Source: Verrucomicrobiota bacterium | Lineage (GTDB): Bacteria > Verrucomicrobiota > Verrucomicrobiia > Limisphaerales > SXQI01 | DNA length: 19,926 bases | Assembly: GCA_033762115.1 (NCBI GenBank) | Contig: JANRLX010000059.1 | Coordinates: forward strand, 1 to 19,926 | Direction of reading: 5' to 3' | Shown here: positions 1 to 9,135 of the stretch, one piece after another | Numbering within the stretch: the stretch's first letter is position 1 | Layout of the letters: each line of letters begins with the position of its first letter | The notes under the pieces: model-generated | Database searches by the model: none | Told to the model about the DNA's origin: nothing | What the model saw: the letters and a program-made list of their open reading frames with translations, nothing else | Made by a program: the position numbers and the translations under genes

Positions 1-525
1 CGCGGCATCCACCCGCAGCGCCACCCCGAATACAATTCCCTGGAGGTTTTGCACCAGGATACGGTCCGGCTTTCCAAAAAACAGCTCCCCCTGCACATCG
101 CGAATGGTCAGGCGGGAAACTTCATTTGTCTCAGGCAATGCCACCGTGATCCGCCCATCTTCAAGGCGGAGACCCTGCACCAGGAAAGTGCCCTTTCGCA
201 GTTCGGCAGGTTTGAACTGGACTTCACCTTCCTGCGCGTTGAACAACAACGTGGGAGCGTTCGAGGAACCTTCCATCCGGAGGGTCAGCCGCTCAACCAC
301 CAGCCTCGAAATCCCATCCAGCCGAAGGTTTCCAAACTGAATATCCAACCCGGTCGAGCGCAATTGGGCGAGCGCCTGTTTTTTGATGAAATTGGGAACG
401 CCCGAAGTGTTCAGATGGTAAAGCGCTGCCACCACCAGCAGCAGCAATAACCAGGACAGGAGCCGAAAATAACGGAAAGTGATCCGGCAAGTGCGCCAAA
501 ACCGCTTTGGCTTTTCTTCGCCCAT
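1..525 (-). CDS. N-terminal part of a membrane-anchored AsmA-like (AsmA/YhdP-type) envelope protein; runs off the left edge of the window
   Basis: Absent from the ORF track because it has no stop in the window. ATG at 525-523 overlaps the upstream TAA (TAATG). Manual translation is open for 175 codons: MGEEKPKRFWRTCRITFRYFRLLSWLLLLVVAALYHLNTSGVPNFIKKQALAQLRSTGLDIQFGNLRLDGISRLVVERLTLR... The basic N-terminus, single TM helix, amphipathic helix and beta-rich region match an AsmA-family N-terminus. The family call is by pattern only. Confidence 0.7.
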   Translation of the reverse strand, partial: MGEEKPKRFWRTCRITFRYFRLLSWLLLLLVVAALYHLNTSGVPNFIKKQALAQLRSTGLDIQFGNLRLDGISRLVVERLTLRMEGSSNAPTLLFNAQEGEVQFKPAELRKGTFLVQGLRLEDGRITVALPETNEVSRLTIRDVQGELFFGKPDRILVQNLQGIVFGVALRVDAA

Positions 526-2339
526 TACTTCCCTTGCTGAATAGGTGGCCCTCCGAATTCACGTTGAAGTTCCTGGTACAAACGGGCCGGGAACTCCATG
601 ATCACAGGTTGCGGCTGGTCCGGCAACGATGTGGCCGCGTAAATATTTCCCCGAAAAGTGACTCTCCCGAAACTTATGGAGTGGCTGTTGGTCCCTGACA
701 AATCTGCACGCGCCACCTCGATCATAAGCATGTTTTTTTCAGGCGCGATTCCGAAACTGGCGAAACGTTGCTCACCCATTCCAGCCCAGTTCACGGCCTG
801 TAGCTGCCCGAGTCGGAAAAGTGCTTCATCAATCGCTTCATGAATGATCGGGTCCGTCGCCCATTTTCCCTCTGTTTTCATGAATACATTTGTTTTCCCT
901 TCCAGCACACGGGAAATGGAAACGACGTTGCTGCCACTAAAAGACCAGACATTCCGATCACGCAATTGAAAAGCATGAAACGGAAGATTGAGAGCATCAG
1001 CAGTGGAGGTGAGATAAACTGGGGTTTCATCCGTCCGCCGCACATGAATCGCATCCACCTTGTTGGAACCGAATTCAACTTGCGTAATTAACGAGTTGGT
1101 CAATCCCCCCGTGCCATTGGTCGTCGTGGTATAAAGTCCGAACAGGGCGGAAGGTGGGTTGAACCCCATGCTCTTCAGGTCGAGTTCAGTCGGCACTTCC
1201 CGGGCAAAATCAACAATTTCCAGGCGAAACAAGTTTGTGATAAAAAGCGCCATTAACGCCGGGTCCACAGGGAATGGCCTTGGCTCCACCACAAACCACC
1301 CGTTGCTTTGCCGTTGTAAAATAAAGCTTTCCGCTGCCTGGACAGAAATGCGGTCGATCCCCGCCGGGGAAAAGGAAAGAAGCTGAGGTTCATGAAATGC
1401 CTTGTACGGCTGGCGAATCGCTTCTAACAACTCACTGGGGACGGTCACGATGTTCGTGTGACTCAATCGCCGCACATAAACTTTGTCTGCCTCATTCGTC
1501 GGGGAACTCCCGAATTGAAGCGTGATCAAGGTATTGGTCTCCTGCACAAACGAGATTTGCGTTTCCGGCATCAGCAGGCCGAAACGTTCCAGGTCCACAG
1601 AAGGAAGATCGGTCACAAACTCAGCCACCCGGGTGGTTTCAAGCGACTGGATTAATTGCTCGATCCGGTTCGCATCCGCTCGGGCGGGCAGCGGCTTGGA
1701 CAAACGCCAGGTCTGGTTGGTGCGGTCCCGTTCAATTTCCAGCAGCCGTGCCCCTTCTCGGATCTGGATACGGTCATACGGCACACCCGCGAGTTTGATC
1801 AGCGCTGGATCTCGCCAGACATCCGGAGAGTCCGGCAATAACCCGGCGATACTCGCATCCACCAGCACAATCTCACCGGTCCCTGCAATCTGCGCGTATA
1901 CCTGGTTGACCAGCGGGGCTCGCGCGCCAAATGAAATCTGAAATCGTGATCCCTCCTGTTGCAAGGTGACAGTGGTATGGGGCGGTTGCAGGCCAAATGG
2001 TTTCAGCCCCCCCGTGTCCGATAAAATCTGCTGTGCCGTTACCCGTCCATGCTCGGTCGCACTGGCGATTTCCCTCACCAATGCTTCGATTGGGCTGCTC
2101 TGCGCCGGATACCGTGGCGCTGTCAATCGCCACGAATCGTTGGTTCGCTGGGCGCGAAGGATGAAATTTTTCCCGGCAACCTCCACCGCGGTGACCTCTT
2201 CGGCGTCCAATCCCGGAAAAAGCCGGGGCCGGGCCAGTGCCCGCTCGCCTGAATCCAGCGTATGGCGCTCATAAAAATAAATGAACGCGAACAGCGCTCC
2301 CGCCAGCAGCAGCAAAGACCATGTCGATTTGGTGTTCAT
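525..2339 (-). CDS. DUF4340 domain-containing membrane-anchored periplasmic protein with four tandem repeats (604 aa)
   Basis: N-terminal TM segment (WSLLLLAGALFAFIYFY), then repeated units of W..P...l.........FG...P.....FG....vY. ATG at 2339 overlaps the upstream TGA (ATGA), so it is preferred over the track start at 2357. DUF4340 genes commonly follow GldG-like genes. Confidence 0.8.
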   Translation of the reverse strand: MNTKSTWSLLLLAGALFAFIYFYERHTLDSGERALARPRLFPGLDAEEVTAVEVAGKNFILRAQRTNDSWRLTAPRYPAQSSPIEALVREIASATEHGRVTAQQILSDTGGLKPFGLQPPHTTVTLQQEGSRFQISFGARAPLVNQVYAQIAGTGEIVLVDASIAGLLPDSPDVWRDPALIKLAGVPYDRIQIREGARLLEIERDRTNQTWRLSKPLPARADANRIEQLIQSLETTRVAEFVTDLPSVDLERFGLLMPETQISFVQETNTLITLQFGSSPTNEADKVYVRRLSHTNIVTVPSELLEAIRQPYKAFHEPQLLSFSPAGIDRISVQAAESFILQRQSNGWFVVEPRPFPVDPALMALFITNLFRLEIVDFAREVPTELDLKSMGFNPPSALFGLYTTTTNGTGGLTNSLITQVEFGSNKVDAIHVRRTDETPVYLTSTADALNLPFHAFQLRDRNVWSFSGSNVVSISRVLEGKTNVFMKTEGKWATDPIIHEAIDEALFRLGQLQAVNWAGMGEQRFASFGIAPEKNMLMIEVARADLSGTNSHSISFGRVTFRGNIYAATSLPDQPQPVIMEFPARLYQELQREFGGPPIQQGK

Positions 2340-3814
2340 GCTCTTCTGCGAAACCACACCAGCACCCCGACCATCATCACGCTTCCGGGGACAGCCGCGA
2401 GGAAAAGCCAGCGTAACTGATTCATCTGCGCATCCGTCAACGTAATCTGGTACTCACTGATCGCACGCGGGGGAATTTCATTCAGCAACGTCTCACGGTT
2501 AAGCAGCCAGTTCACCGCCAGGTTTGCAAAATCCCGATTGGCGGCCATGTCAATGGGCGCGTTCGCCAGAAACAATGAATTCCCCGCCACCACGATCCGG
2601 GTGGCTCCGCGGTCCAGGTTTACCCCTTGAATTCCCCCTTTTTCAACCGCCACGATCAGCGGAATTTCACCTTCCATCTCCTGTTCCGGCGTGCCGTTGT
2701 TTTCTATGTTCCCGATGGCAATGCCTCCCGGTCCCGTCATCACCAGTGGAACGATCTTCGGCGCATCCGCCCGGGCCGGGCCCGATAATTTTGGAGCCAC
2801 CGAACGGGGAACGAAAAGGTTCAGGCTCGATTGCAGCAACGGCTTGGTAATCGGGTGCGGTGTGAAGTTGTTTGCCACCAGCAATTGTGCCTCCCCGGCC
2901 TTGGCATTGGCGGTGTCCCGTACCTGGTTAAATCCCACTGTCACATTCCAGTTTGCGAGCAATCGTTCCAGTCCCACCCGTTGTGAGCGGGGAGTGAAAA
3001 AATTGAAAAGAATGAACACCCGCCCACCCTGGTTCAGGTAGGTATCCAGTTTCTGCAATTCAGGCTGCGTGAACGGTTGCTCAGGGCCTGCAATGATCAG
3101 CAGTTCGCAATCGGCAGGAATCTCACTTGTCGGGAATGGCGGCAGCAGCCGCAGCCCCACATTATTTTCACTCAACATCTTCGCCAGCTTGCCGTAACCC
3201 CGGTTATCATCCTGGCTCGTCGGATCATGCTCCCCATGACCTGTGGTAAAATAAACAGTCAGCTGCCGTGGATCGATGACTCCGAGAATGGCGGAAGTAA
3301 ACAACTGCTCTCCCTTGAAACTGCTCCGCCTGATCTCCTTCCCTTTTTCCATGCTGTATTCGCTCAACTCACTGCCCAGGACTGTCCGCACCCGGCCATT
3401 CGAATCAAAAATCACTCGCGCCGCATCCGACGGGGAATTCAATTTATACTGCGAACGAATCATTTCCGCCCGCCCGGGAAAACGGTAATCCACAAATTCC
3501 ACCTCGATCTGGGGAGAGCGCACCTGATACTCCTTGATCAATCCCGCAACTGCCGGGAAAAGCGGCTCGGTCCGGTCAAAAAAAACGATGACCTTCACCT
3601 TGTTCGTCAGGGAAGAAAGCATCTGCGCGGTCAACGGGGAAACTTTTTGCGAGGCCGCCTCCGAAAGATGGAACCGCGTGCTGTGGCGCGCCGAGAGGTA
3701 ATTGGCCATGGTCACAATCGCAAAAAACGCAATCACAGCCAGAATCACATGCAAACCAACATTCCATTTGCGGAAAGGGGAAAACGTGGGTCGTTCTGGT
3801 GTCTCTGTTGGCAT
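2336..3814 (-). CDS. GldG-family (GIFT domain) ABC transporter auxiliary component
   Basis: N- and C-terminal TM helices. Family motifs VYFTTGHGE, LLIIAGP, YLNQGGRV, HPIT, RIVVAGNS and ANRDFANLAVNWL. Confidence 0.88.
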   Translation of the reverse strand: MPTETPERPTFSPFRKWNVGLHVILAVIAFFAIVTMANYLSARHSTRFHLSEAASQKVSPLTAQMLSSLTNKVKVIVFFDRTEPLFPAVAGLIKEYQVRSPQIEVEFVDYRFPGRAEMIRSQYKLNSPSDAARVIFDSNGRVRTVLGSELSEYSMEKGKEIRRSSFKGEQLFTSAILGVIDPRQLTVYFTTGHGEHDPTSQDDNRGYGKLAKMLSENNVGLRLLPPFPTSEIPADCELLIIAGPEQPFTQPELQKLDTYLNQGGRVFILFNFFTPRSQRVGLERLLANWNVTVGFNQVRDTANAKAGEAQLLVANNFTPHPITKPLLQSSLNLFVPRSVAPKLSGPARADAPKIVPLVMTGPGGIAIGNIENNGTPEQEMEGEIPLIVAVEKGGIQGVNLDRGATRIVVAGNSLFLANAPIDMAANRDFANLAVNWLLNRETLLNEIPPRAISEYQITLTDAQMNQLRWLFLAAVPGSVMMVGVLVWFRRRA

Positions 3815-3817
3815 CAG

Positions 3818-4573
3818 TTATTTCCAGCGGCGACTCTCCACCACCTTCCAGGTGAGAAAAATAAAAAACAGCGTCAGGCTCGTGTAGTACACGACAGGCC
3901 GAGTGTCCACCACTCCCCGGGCGAAATCCTGCATATGCTCCGTCATTGAAATATGAGTAAACACCTTCGCCTGCCAGCCCTCAGGCGGCACAGGAACAAG
4001 CGAACGCAGGCTCAGCAGGAAAAGCGTCAGTCCCACGCCATAACTCACAGCTGCGGCAATCAACTGGCTGCGCGTCAATGCCGAAGCAAAGCAACCCAGC
4101 GAAATATAGAGGCCACCTACAAGCAGGATTCCAAAATAGGTGGTCAGGACCGCTCGTGGGTCCAGCGCCGTCGACGGTGAACTGGTCAATTGTTGCAGGG
4201 CAAACATGTAACCCACCAGCGGCAGCCAGGTGAGCAGGTAAAACAGGAGTGACCCGGCAAATTTCGAAAGAACCACCTGCAAGTCACTCACCGGGGTGGT
4301 CATCAACGTTTCAAAAGTCCCGGTAAACTTTTCCTGCGCAAAAGTCCGCATTGTAATCACTGGCGTTGTCAGCAGCAGGATCATCCAAAAATACAGGGTG
4401 ACGTAAAAAACCTCTGTGAATGGCGCGTCCGTCGGCGTTGCATTCACCTTCGAGAGCATGTCCATGAAACTGAAACCGAGCAGCAATAGCACCGTCGCAA
4501 TGATCACATACCCCGTCAGCGAAAAAAAATGACTGCCCAGCTCCCGCCGCAACAAGGTCAGGAAAACCTGCAT
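3818..4573 (-). CDS. ABC-2 type permease, GldF-like
   Basis: About six hydrophobic segments. Motifs RELGSHFFS, PVITMRTFAQEKFTGTFETLMTTPV, VVLSKF, FASALTRSQLIAA, FARGVVDTR and VESRRWK. Confidence 0.9.
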   Translation of the reverse strand: MQVFLTLLRRELGSHFFSLTGYVIIATVLLLLGFSFMDMLSKVNATPTDAPFTEVFYVTLYFWMILLLTTPVITMRTFAQEKFTGTFETLMTTPVSDLQVVLSKFAGSLLFYLLTWLPLVGYMFALQQLTSSPSTALDPRAVLTTYFGILLVGGLYISLGCFASALTRSQLIAAAVSYGVGLTLFLLSLRSLVPVPPEGWQAKVFTHISMTEHMQDFARGVVDTRPVVYYTSLTLFFIFLTWKVVESRRWK

Positions 4574-5532
4574 TACTGTTCCTCCTCCTTTTCATTCCGG
4601 GTCACACGCACAAAAATATCCTCCAGCGTGTGCCGTCCGCGGGTGAGTTCCCGCAAAATCCAGCCATTTCGGATTGCCTCTGCGTAAATCATTGGTCGCA
4701 AATCCGTCCCATCCCTGGGAGTCAGCGAGCAACGATGAAAATCACCATCCAGCGCTGTGATATCCAGGTGCTGCACTTCCGGCAGGTCGCTCCATGCGTC
4801 CTTCAATACCTGCGCCGGGGCGGCAATTTCCGCAACCACCGGCACGTTTCTGAAAATGTTTTTTTGCAGGTTCTCCGCGCTGTCGCTCGCCAGGATTTTT
4901 CCCTGGTGCAGGATCAGCACACTGCTGCACGTCGCTTCCACTTCCGGCAAAATGTGGGTCGAAAGCAGGATCGTATATTTTTTCCCCAGCTCCTTGATCA
5001 ACTGCCGCACCGAGCGAAGCTGGTTCGGGTCCAGTCCAATCGTCGGTTCATCAAGAATAATCAACTCCGGCTCATGCACCAATGCGTCCGCCAGCCCCAC
5101 CCGTTGCCGAAACCCTTTTGAGAGCTGCCCGATGATTCGCCGGGTGACTTCCGTTAATCCACACTGTTGCAGGACAATATCCACTCGCTCCCGCGATTGC
5201 CGAATATTCAAACCTTTCAGCCGCGCCCGGAATTTCAGGTACTCACGCACCCGCATATCCAGATGCAGCGGGTTATTTTCCGGCATGTAACCAATCCGGC
5301 GGCGCACCTCGTCCGCGGCGTAGAACACATCATGTCCTGCCACCCGCACAGTTCCGCTGGTTGCAGGCATGAAGCAGGAGAGGATTCTCAGGATGGTGCT
5401 TTTGCCTGCTCCATTTGGTCCCAGCAATCCCACAATCTCCCCGCGTGCGACATGAAACGAAACATCTGACACCGCGGTGGTGCCTGCGTAACGCTTCGTT
5501 AAATTCCGCACATCAATCATTGAATGACTCAT
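4573..5532 (-). CDS. ABC transporter ATP-binding protein, GldA-like
   Basis: Walker [10 protein letters not shown], signature LSKGFRQR, Walker B IILDEPT, H-loop LSTH. Start placed at ATG 5532 ([11 protein letters not shown]), with GGAG 11 nt upstream; ATG 5520 is an alternative. The track's 5595 start adds an unlikely extension. The stop overlaps the next ATG (TAATG at 4575-4571). Confidence 0.93.
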   Translation of the reverse strand: MSHSMIDVRNLTKRYAGTTAVSDVSFHVARGEIVGLLGPNGAGKSTILRILSCFMPATSGTVRVAGHDVFYAADEVRRRIGYMPENNPLHLDMRVREYLKFRARLKGLNIRQSRERVDIVLQQCGLTEVTRRIIGQLSKGFRQRVGLADALVHEPELIILDEPTIGLDPNQLRSVRQLIKELGKKYTILLSTHILPEVEATCSSVLILHQGKILASDSAENLQKNIFRNVPVVAEIAAPAQVLKDAWSDLPEVQHLDITALDGDFHRCSLTPRDGTDLRPMIYAEAIRNGWILRELTRGRHTLEDIFVRVTRNEKEEEQ

Positions 5533-5610
5533 TCTAGCTGGCACTCCATGACAGTGTAAATGAGGACGTTGAAGCGGCGTGAAATAGTCAGCCAAAATTT
5601 TTAAATAAAT

Positions 5611-6738
5611 TCACTTCTTCAACCATCGCTCGATCAGCGCCCCCGCAACTGCATCGCACCCTTCCTCCGCGTTGCGCCCACCCAGATTGGTTGCCACCAC
5701 CACGGCGAAATTTCTTGCCGGGGCAATCCAGATCACAGAGTAAAACAAAGTGTTCGAGCCCGCATGGGTCAACGCTTTTCCCCCGGCCCAGGACCTCTCC
5801 ACCACCAACCAGCCCATTGCGTATTCCTCTCCCGCAAACGGCAATCCAAGCTGCCTGAACGATTCCCGCGTGAGCAATTGCCCTTCTCCACGTGCCCCTT
5901 CCAGATGAAATTGAGCATACCGCGCCAGGTCGAAAATGTTGCAGTGAACCGCCCCCGCAGGCGCAATCGTCACCGGATTGTCCAGGCTGAACGCTTTCAA
6001 TCTTCCTGATACCCATTGATGACCCCACGGCTGGTCAATTTTGCCGGGAGAATTGGGTGGCCCAAAACCGCCAGACTCCATTTTCAATGGTTCAAAAATA
6101 TTCCTGCGTATCTGTTCTTCCCACGATTTCCCACCTCGCCTCTCCAGCATTGCTCCCGCAAGCGCATACCCGGAGTTATTATAGGCAAACTTCAAACCGG
6201 GGGCCGATTGTAACGGCTGCTGCACCAGCCATTCACAATAAGCTCTCCGTTGTGCTTCCGGAGTGCCTGAAAAAGCACCCGCCCTGCCTTTGATCAAATC
6301 ATTGTCCCGTTCCGGATCGATCCCCGATTTATGTCCCAGCAACCACGCCAGTGAAATATTTCCGAACGGCTTCGCCATCCTGTTGGTCCATTCGGGAAAA
6401 ATCTCCGCCACCCTTGTTTCCCAGGAAAGTTTTTTCTGTTCGACAAGCATCGCCGCCAGCGTTGCGGTCATCGATTTTGTGCAGGAACCAATATGAAATT
6501 TGTCCTCAAGCGTGACCTGGTTGGTCTCACCTGTTTTGCGAATCCCCACCGCCCCTGCCGAATGGAGCTTCCCTTCAAGAATCATCGCTGCGGCCAGGGC
6601 GGGAAGCTGAAATTTCTTCTGGATCGGCTCCAACAGTTCATTCATGTATGCCGGTTGGCTGGTCAACCCTTCTCCCATCGCAGCGGAAAGAGATGACACC
6701 ATCAGCAGTATCCTTAAAAAAATCAGTTTACTTGTCAC
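5611..6738 (-). CDS. Secreted serine hydrolase of the beta-lactamase class C / D-aminopeptidase-like family
   Basis: Catalytic motifs SxxK (FHIGSCTKS), YxN (FAYNNSGY) and HxG (LTHAGS), plus LLGHKSGI and PAGAV. Start uncertain: GTG 6738 gives a signal-peptide-like N-terminus (SKLIFLRILLMVSSLSAA); the track uses 6798. Confidence 0.85.
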   Translation of the reverse strand: MTSKLIFLRILLMVSSLSAAMGEGLTSQPAYMNELLEPIQKKFQLPALAAAMILEGKLHSAGAVGIRKTGETNQVTLEDKFHIGSCTKSMTATLAAMLVEQKKLSWETRVAEIFPEWTNRMAKPFGNISLAWLLGHKSGIDPERDNDLIKGRAGAFSGTPEAQRRAYCEWLVQQPLQSAPGLKFAYNNSGYALAGAMLERRGGKSWEEQIRRNIFEPLKMESGGFGPPNSPGKIDQPWGHQWVSGRLKAFSLDNPVTIAPAGAVHCNIFDLARYAQFHLEGARGEGQLLTRESFRQLGLPFAGEEYAMGWLVVERSWAGGKALTHAGSNTLFYSVIWIAPARNFAVVVATNLGGRNAEEGCDAVAGALIERWLKK

Positions 6739-6883
6739 GCTTCGACCCTGATCGCCTGGCATTCGCTGAAACAAATGATCCCACCACTGTGCGCCCATCT
6801 TTCACATTCGGCAACTCCCTCGAACGGGGAACAAATCAATTCCCTTGAGCCAGCCAAGGTCATTTGTTTAGCTGTGTAACTCA

Positions 6884-9082
6884 ATGCGCAAGTGGTTGCC
6901 GATTGCCGTCGCTCTGCCGTGGTTATACACGGCTGATGCGGCCACCCCATTCGCGGACATGGCAACTCCTGCCACTCTCGAAGTCGAAAATCTCACCGCG
7001 GAAAGTGAAGTCGAATATTTCGAGGAGAACTCCCGCTGGGTCGGTCGCAAAGGAGTCCTCGTCCGCTATGGCGATGCGCGATTGACTGCTGACGAGGTCA
7101 TCCTCGACGAAAAAACGATGGATGTCATCGCCACAGGCAATGTGACATTGCATCGCGGAGCGGAATATTGGCGGGGGACAAAGTTACGCTATAACTTCAG
7201 CAGCAACCAATCGGATGGGGCTGAATTCCGCGCTGGTTTTGCGCCGGTCTTCGTGCAGGGAATGACCTTGCGCGCTGATTCCGGCAATTCCACCAACCAG
7301 GTTTACGAAATTGGGGATGCCTTTGTCACCACTGACGACCTCGAAAATCCCACCTTCAGGATCAAGGCAAAAAAAATCCGTGTCAAAGTTGGCGATGAAG
7401 TTGAGGCCGAGGATGCCACCCTTTATGTCGGCAACATGCCGATATTTTACTTTCCCTACTATCAGAGGACATTAAAAAAGCATCAAAACTATCTAAGTCT
7501 TACCCCTGGTTATCGCAGTTTATATGGTCCCTATCTGTTGAGTTCCTATCATTGGCATTGGAACACCAATCTGATGACCGCTGCCCACCTGGATTTATAC
7601 GGGAAACGGGGCGTGGGCCTTGGACCGGAAATTCAATATAACTTTAAAGGGCTGGGGCATGGGGAACTGCAAGGCTACTATATAGACGATAAGCGCCCCG
7701 GCAACGACCCTCTCGGGCAGCCCATCGAGGATGATCGTCATCGCATCCGTTTTTCGCACCAGGCCACGCTCGATACAAACTTCACCGCAAAACTGGTCAT
7801 TCGCCAGCAGAGCGACCCCTTTGTCATTCGCGATTTTTTTGAAAACGAATACCGAACCAACGCGCAGCCAAAAAGTTTTCTTGAGGTCAACAGGTTCTGG
7901 TCCAATTTCAACCTGAACATTCTTGCGCAGGCCCAGGTCAATGATTTCTACCAGACGATCGAACGATTGCCCGACGTAAAATTAAGCGGCTTGCGGCAAC
8001 AAATCGGTGACTCCCCGCTTTTTTACGAAAGCGAAAGTTCTGTTGCCTACCTCCGTTTTCAATCCGGTATTCCCACAGGCACCAACTATGCCGCTGGCCG
8101 TGCCGATACTTATCACCAACTGCTGCTCCCCCAAAATTATTTCGGCTGGCTCAATTTTACTCCCCGGATCGGAGGACGGCTCTCCTCCTATAGCGAAACC
8201 GAAGGGGTTCATTCTGTTTTGAATGAGCAACATCGCGCTGTTTTTAATACCGGCGCGGAACTCTCCTTCAAGGCATCCCAGGTCTGGGCGGGCGCACGAA
8301 ATCGCCTGCTGGATATCACAGGCATACGGCATCTCATCGAACCATCCATCAACTATGTTTTTGTCCCCAGTCCCAACAAGCTGCCTCGGGAACTGCCCCA
8401 GTTCGATACCGAAATCCCCAGTCTCCGTTTGTTGCCTATAGAATATCCCGATTATAACGCCATCGATTCCATCGATAGTCAGAATGTTTTGCGCCTCGGT
8501 TTGCGTAACAAAATTCAAACAAAACGGGACGGAAAAATTGATAACGTGGCCAATTGGGCCCTTTATACCGATTGGCGATTGAACCCTCGTGCAGGGCAGG
8601 GGACCTTCGCTGATCTCTTCTCAGATCTCGATTTTCGCCCTCGTGATTGGCTGACGCTCAATTCAGAAACCCGCTATGACGTTGAAGATGGGGAGTGGGT
8701 CACTGCCAATCACACCCTGACCTTGACCCCCAATACCACCTGGAGCTGGCGGCTGGGCCATTGGTACTTTCGTGGCGACCCTTTCTACGGTCCTGATTCC
8801 GACAATAACACGCTTTACCATTCACTTTATTATCGCCTGAACGAAAACTGGGGTACTCGGATCAGCCATCATTTTGAAGCTCGCGATGGAACCCTTGAAG
8901 AGCAGTATTACACGTTATACCGCGATTTTCGCAGTTGGACAGGTGCCTTGACCTTCAGGGTGCGGGACAATCGCTCCGGCCCCACCGACTTTACCGTTGC
9001 CTTGACCTTCTCCCTCAAGGCCACCCCAAGCCGTTCTGTCGGCAGTGACCGCAACCAGCCATCCCTCCTCCTGGGAAACTAA
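6884..9082 (+). CDS. lptD: LPS-assembly outer-membrane protein LptD
   Basis: Signal peptide, an N-terminal OstA/LptA-like beta-jellyroll (LTADEV...ATGNVTL, FRIKAKKI, PIFYFPY) and a large aromatic-rich beta-barrel with LptD-type segments ERLPDV, RHLIEPSINY and IDSQNVLRLGLRN; 732 aa. Confidence 0.85.
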   Translation: MRKWLPIAVALPWLYTADAATPFADMATPATLEVENLTAESEVEYFEENSRWVGRKGVLVRYGDARLTADEVILDEKTMDVIATGNVTLHRGAEYWRGTKLRYNFSSNQSDGAEFRAGFAPVFVQGMTLRADSGNSTNQVYEIGDAFVTTDDLENPTFRIKAKKIRVKVGDEVEAEDATLYVGNMPIFYFPYYQRTLKKHQNYLSLTPGYRSLYGPYLLSSYHWHWNTNLMTAAHLDLYGKRGVGLGPEIQYNFKGLGHGELQGYYIDDKRPGNDPLGQPIEDDRHRIRFSHQATLDTNFTAKLVIRQQSDPFVIRDFFENEYRTNAQPKSFLEVNRFWSNFNLNILAQAQVNDFYQTIERLPDVKLSGLRQQIGDSPLFYESESSVAYLRFQSGIPTGTNYAAGRADTYHQLLLPQNYFGWLNFTPRIGGRLSSYSETEGVHSVLNEQHRAVFNTGAELSFKASQVWAGARNRLLDITGIRHLIEPSINYVFVPSPNKLPRELPQFDTEIPSLRLLPIEYPDYNAIDSIDSQNVLRLGLRNKIQTKRDGKIDNVANWALYTDWRLNPRAGQGTFADLFSDLDFRPRDWLTLNSETRYDVEDGEWVTANHTLTLTPNTTWSWRLGHWYFRGDPFYGPDSDNNTLYHSLYYRLNENWGTRISHHFEARDGTLEEQYYTLYRDFRSWTGALTFRVRDNRSGPTDFTVALTFSLKATPSRSVGSDRNQPSLLLGN

Positions 9083-9135
9083 TGCAGTATTGCCTATTGC
9101 GGCACGCACGCTAGTTTGCTTTGAAAATTCAAAGC

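Noticed and set aside
49..450. 133-aa plus-strand ORF (also 104..340 and 293..562)
   Set aside because: These overlap the better-supported minus-strand gene starting at 525, which has a coupled start and a TM anchor.
3077..3949. 290-aa plus-strand ORF
   Set aside because: It is antisense to the well-supported GldG-like and permease genes and has no recognisable motifs; a shadow ORF.
2336..5532. Calling the ABC genes gldA/gldF/gldG gliding-motility genes
   Set aside because: The family is widespread in non-gliding bacteria and no other gld/spr genes are present, so no symbols were assigned.
5611..6738. Antibiotic-resistance beta-lactamase
   Set aside because: SxxK/YxN/HxG motifs are shared by many esterases and peptidases. 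It lacks the KTG triad of true AmpC enzymes and has no mobile context.
9099..9120. Sigma54-like sequence GCGGCACGCACGCTAGTTTGCT before the pilin-like gene
   Set aside because: The spacing from GG to the TTGC element is wrong, and the -24 position for TTTGCT reads GC. RpoN needs exact GG-N10-GC.
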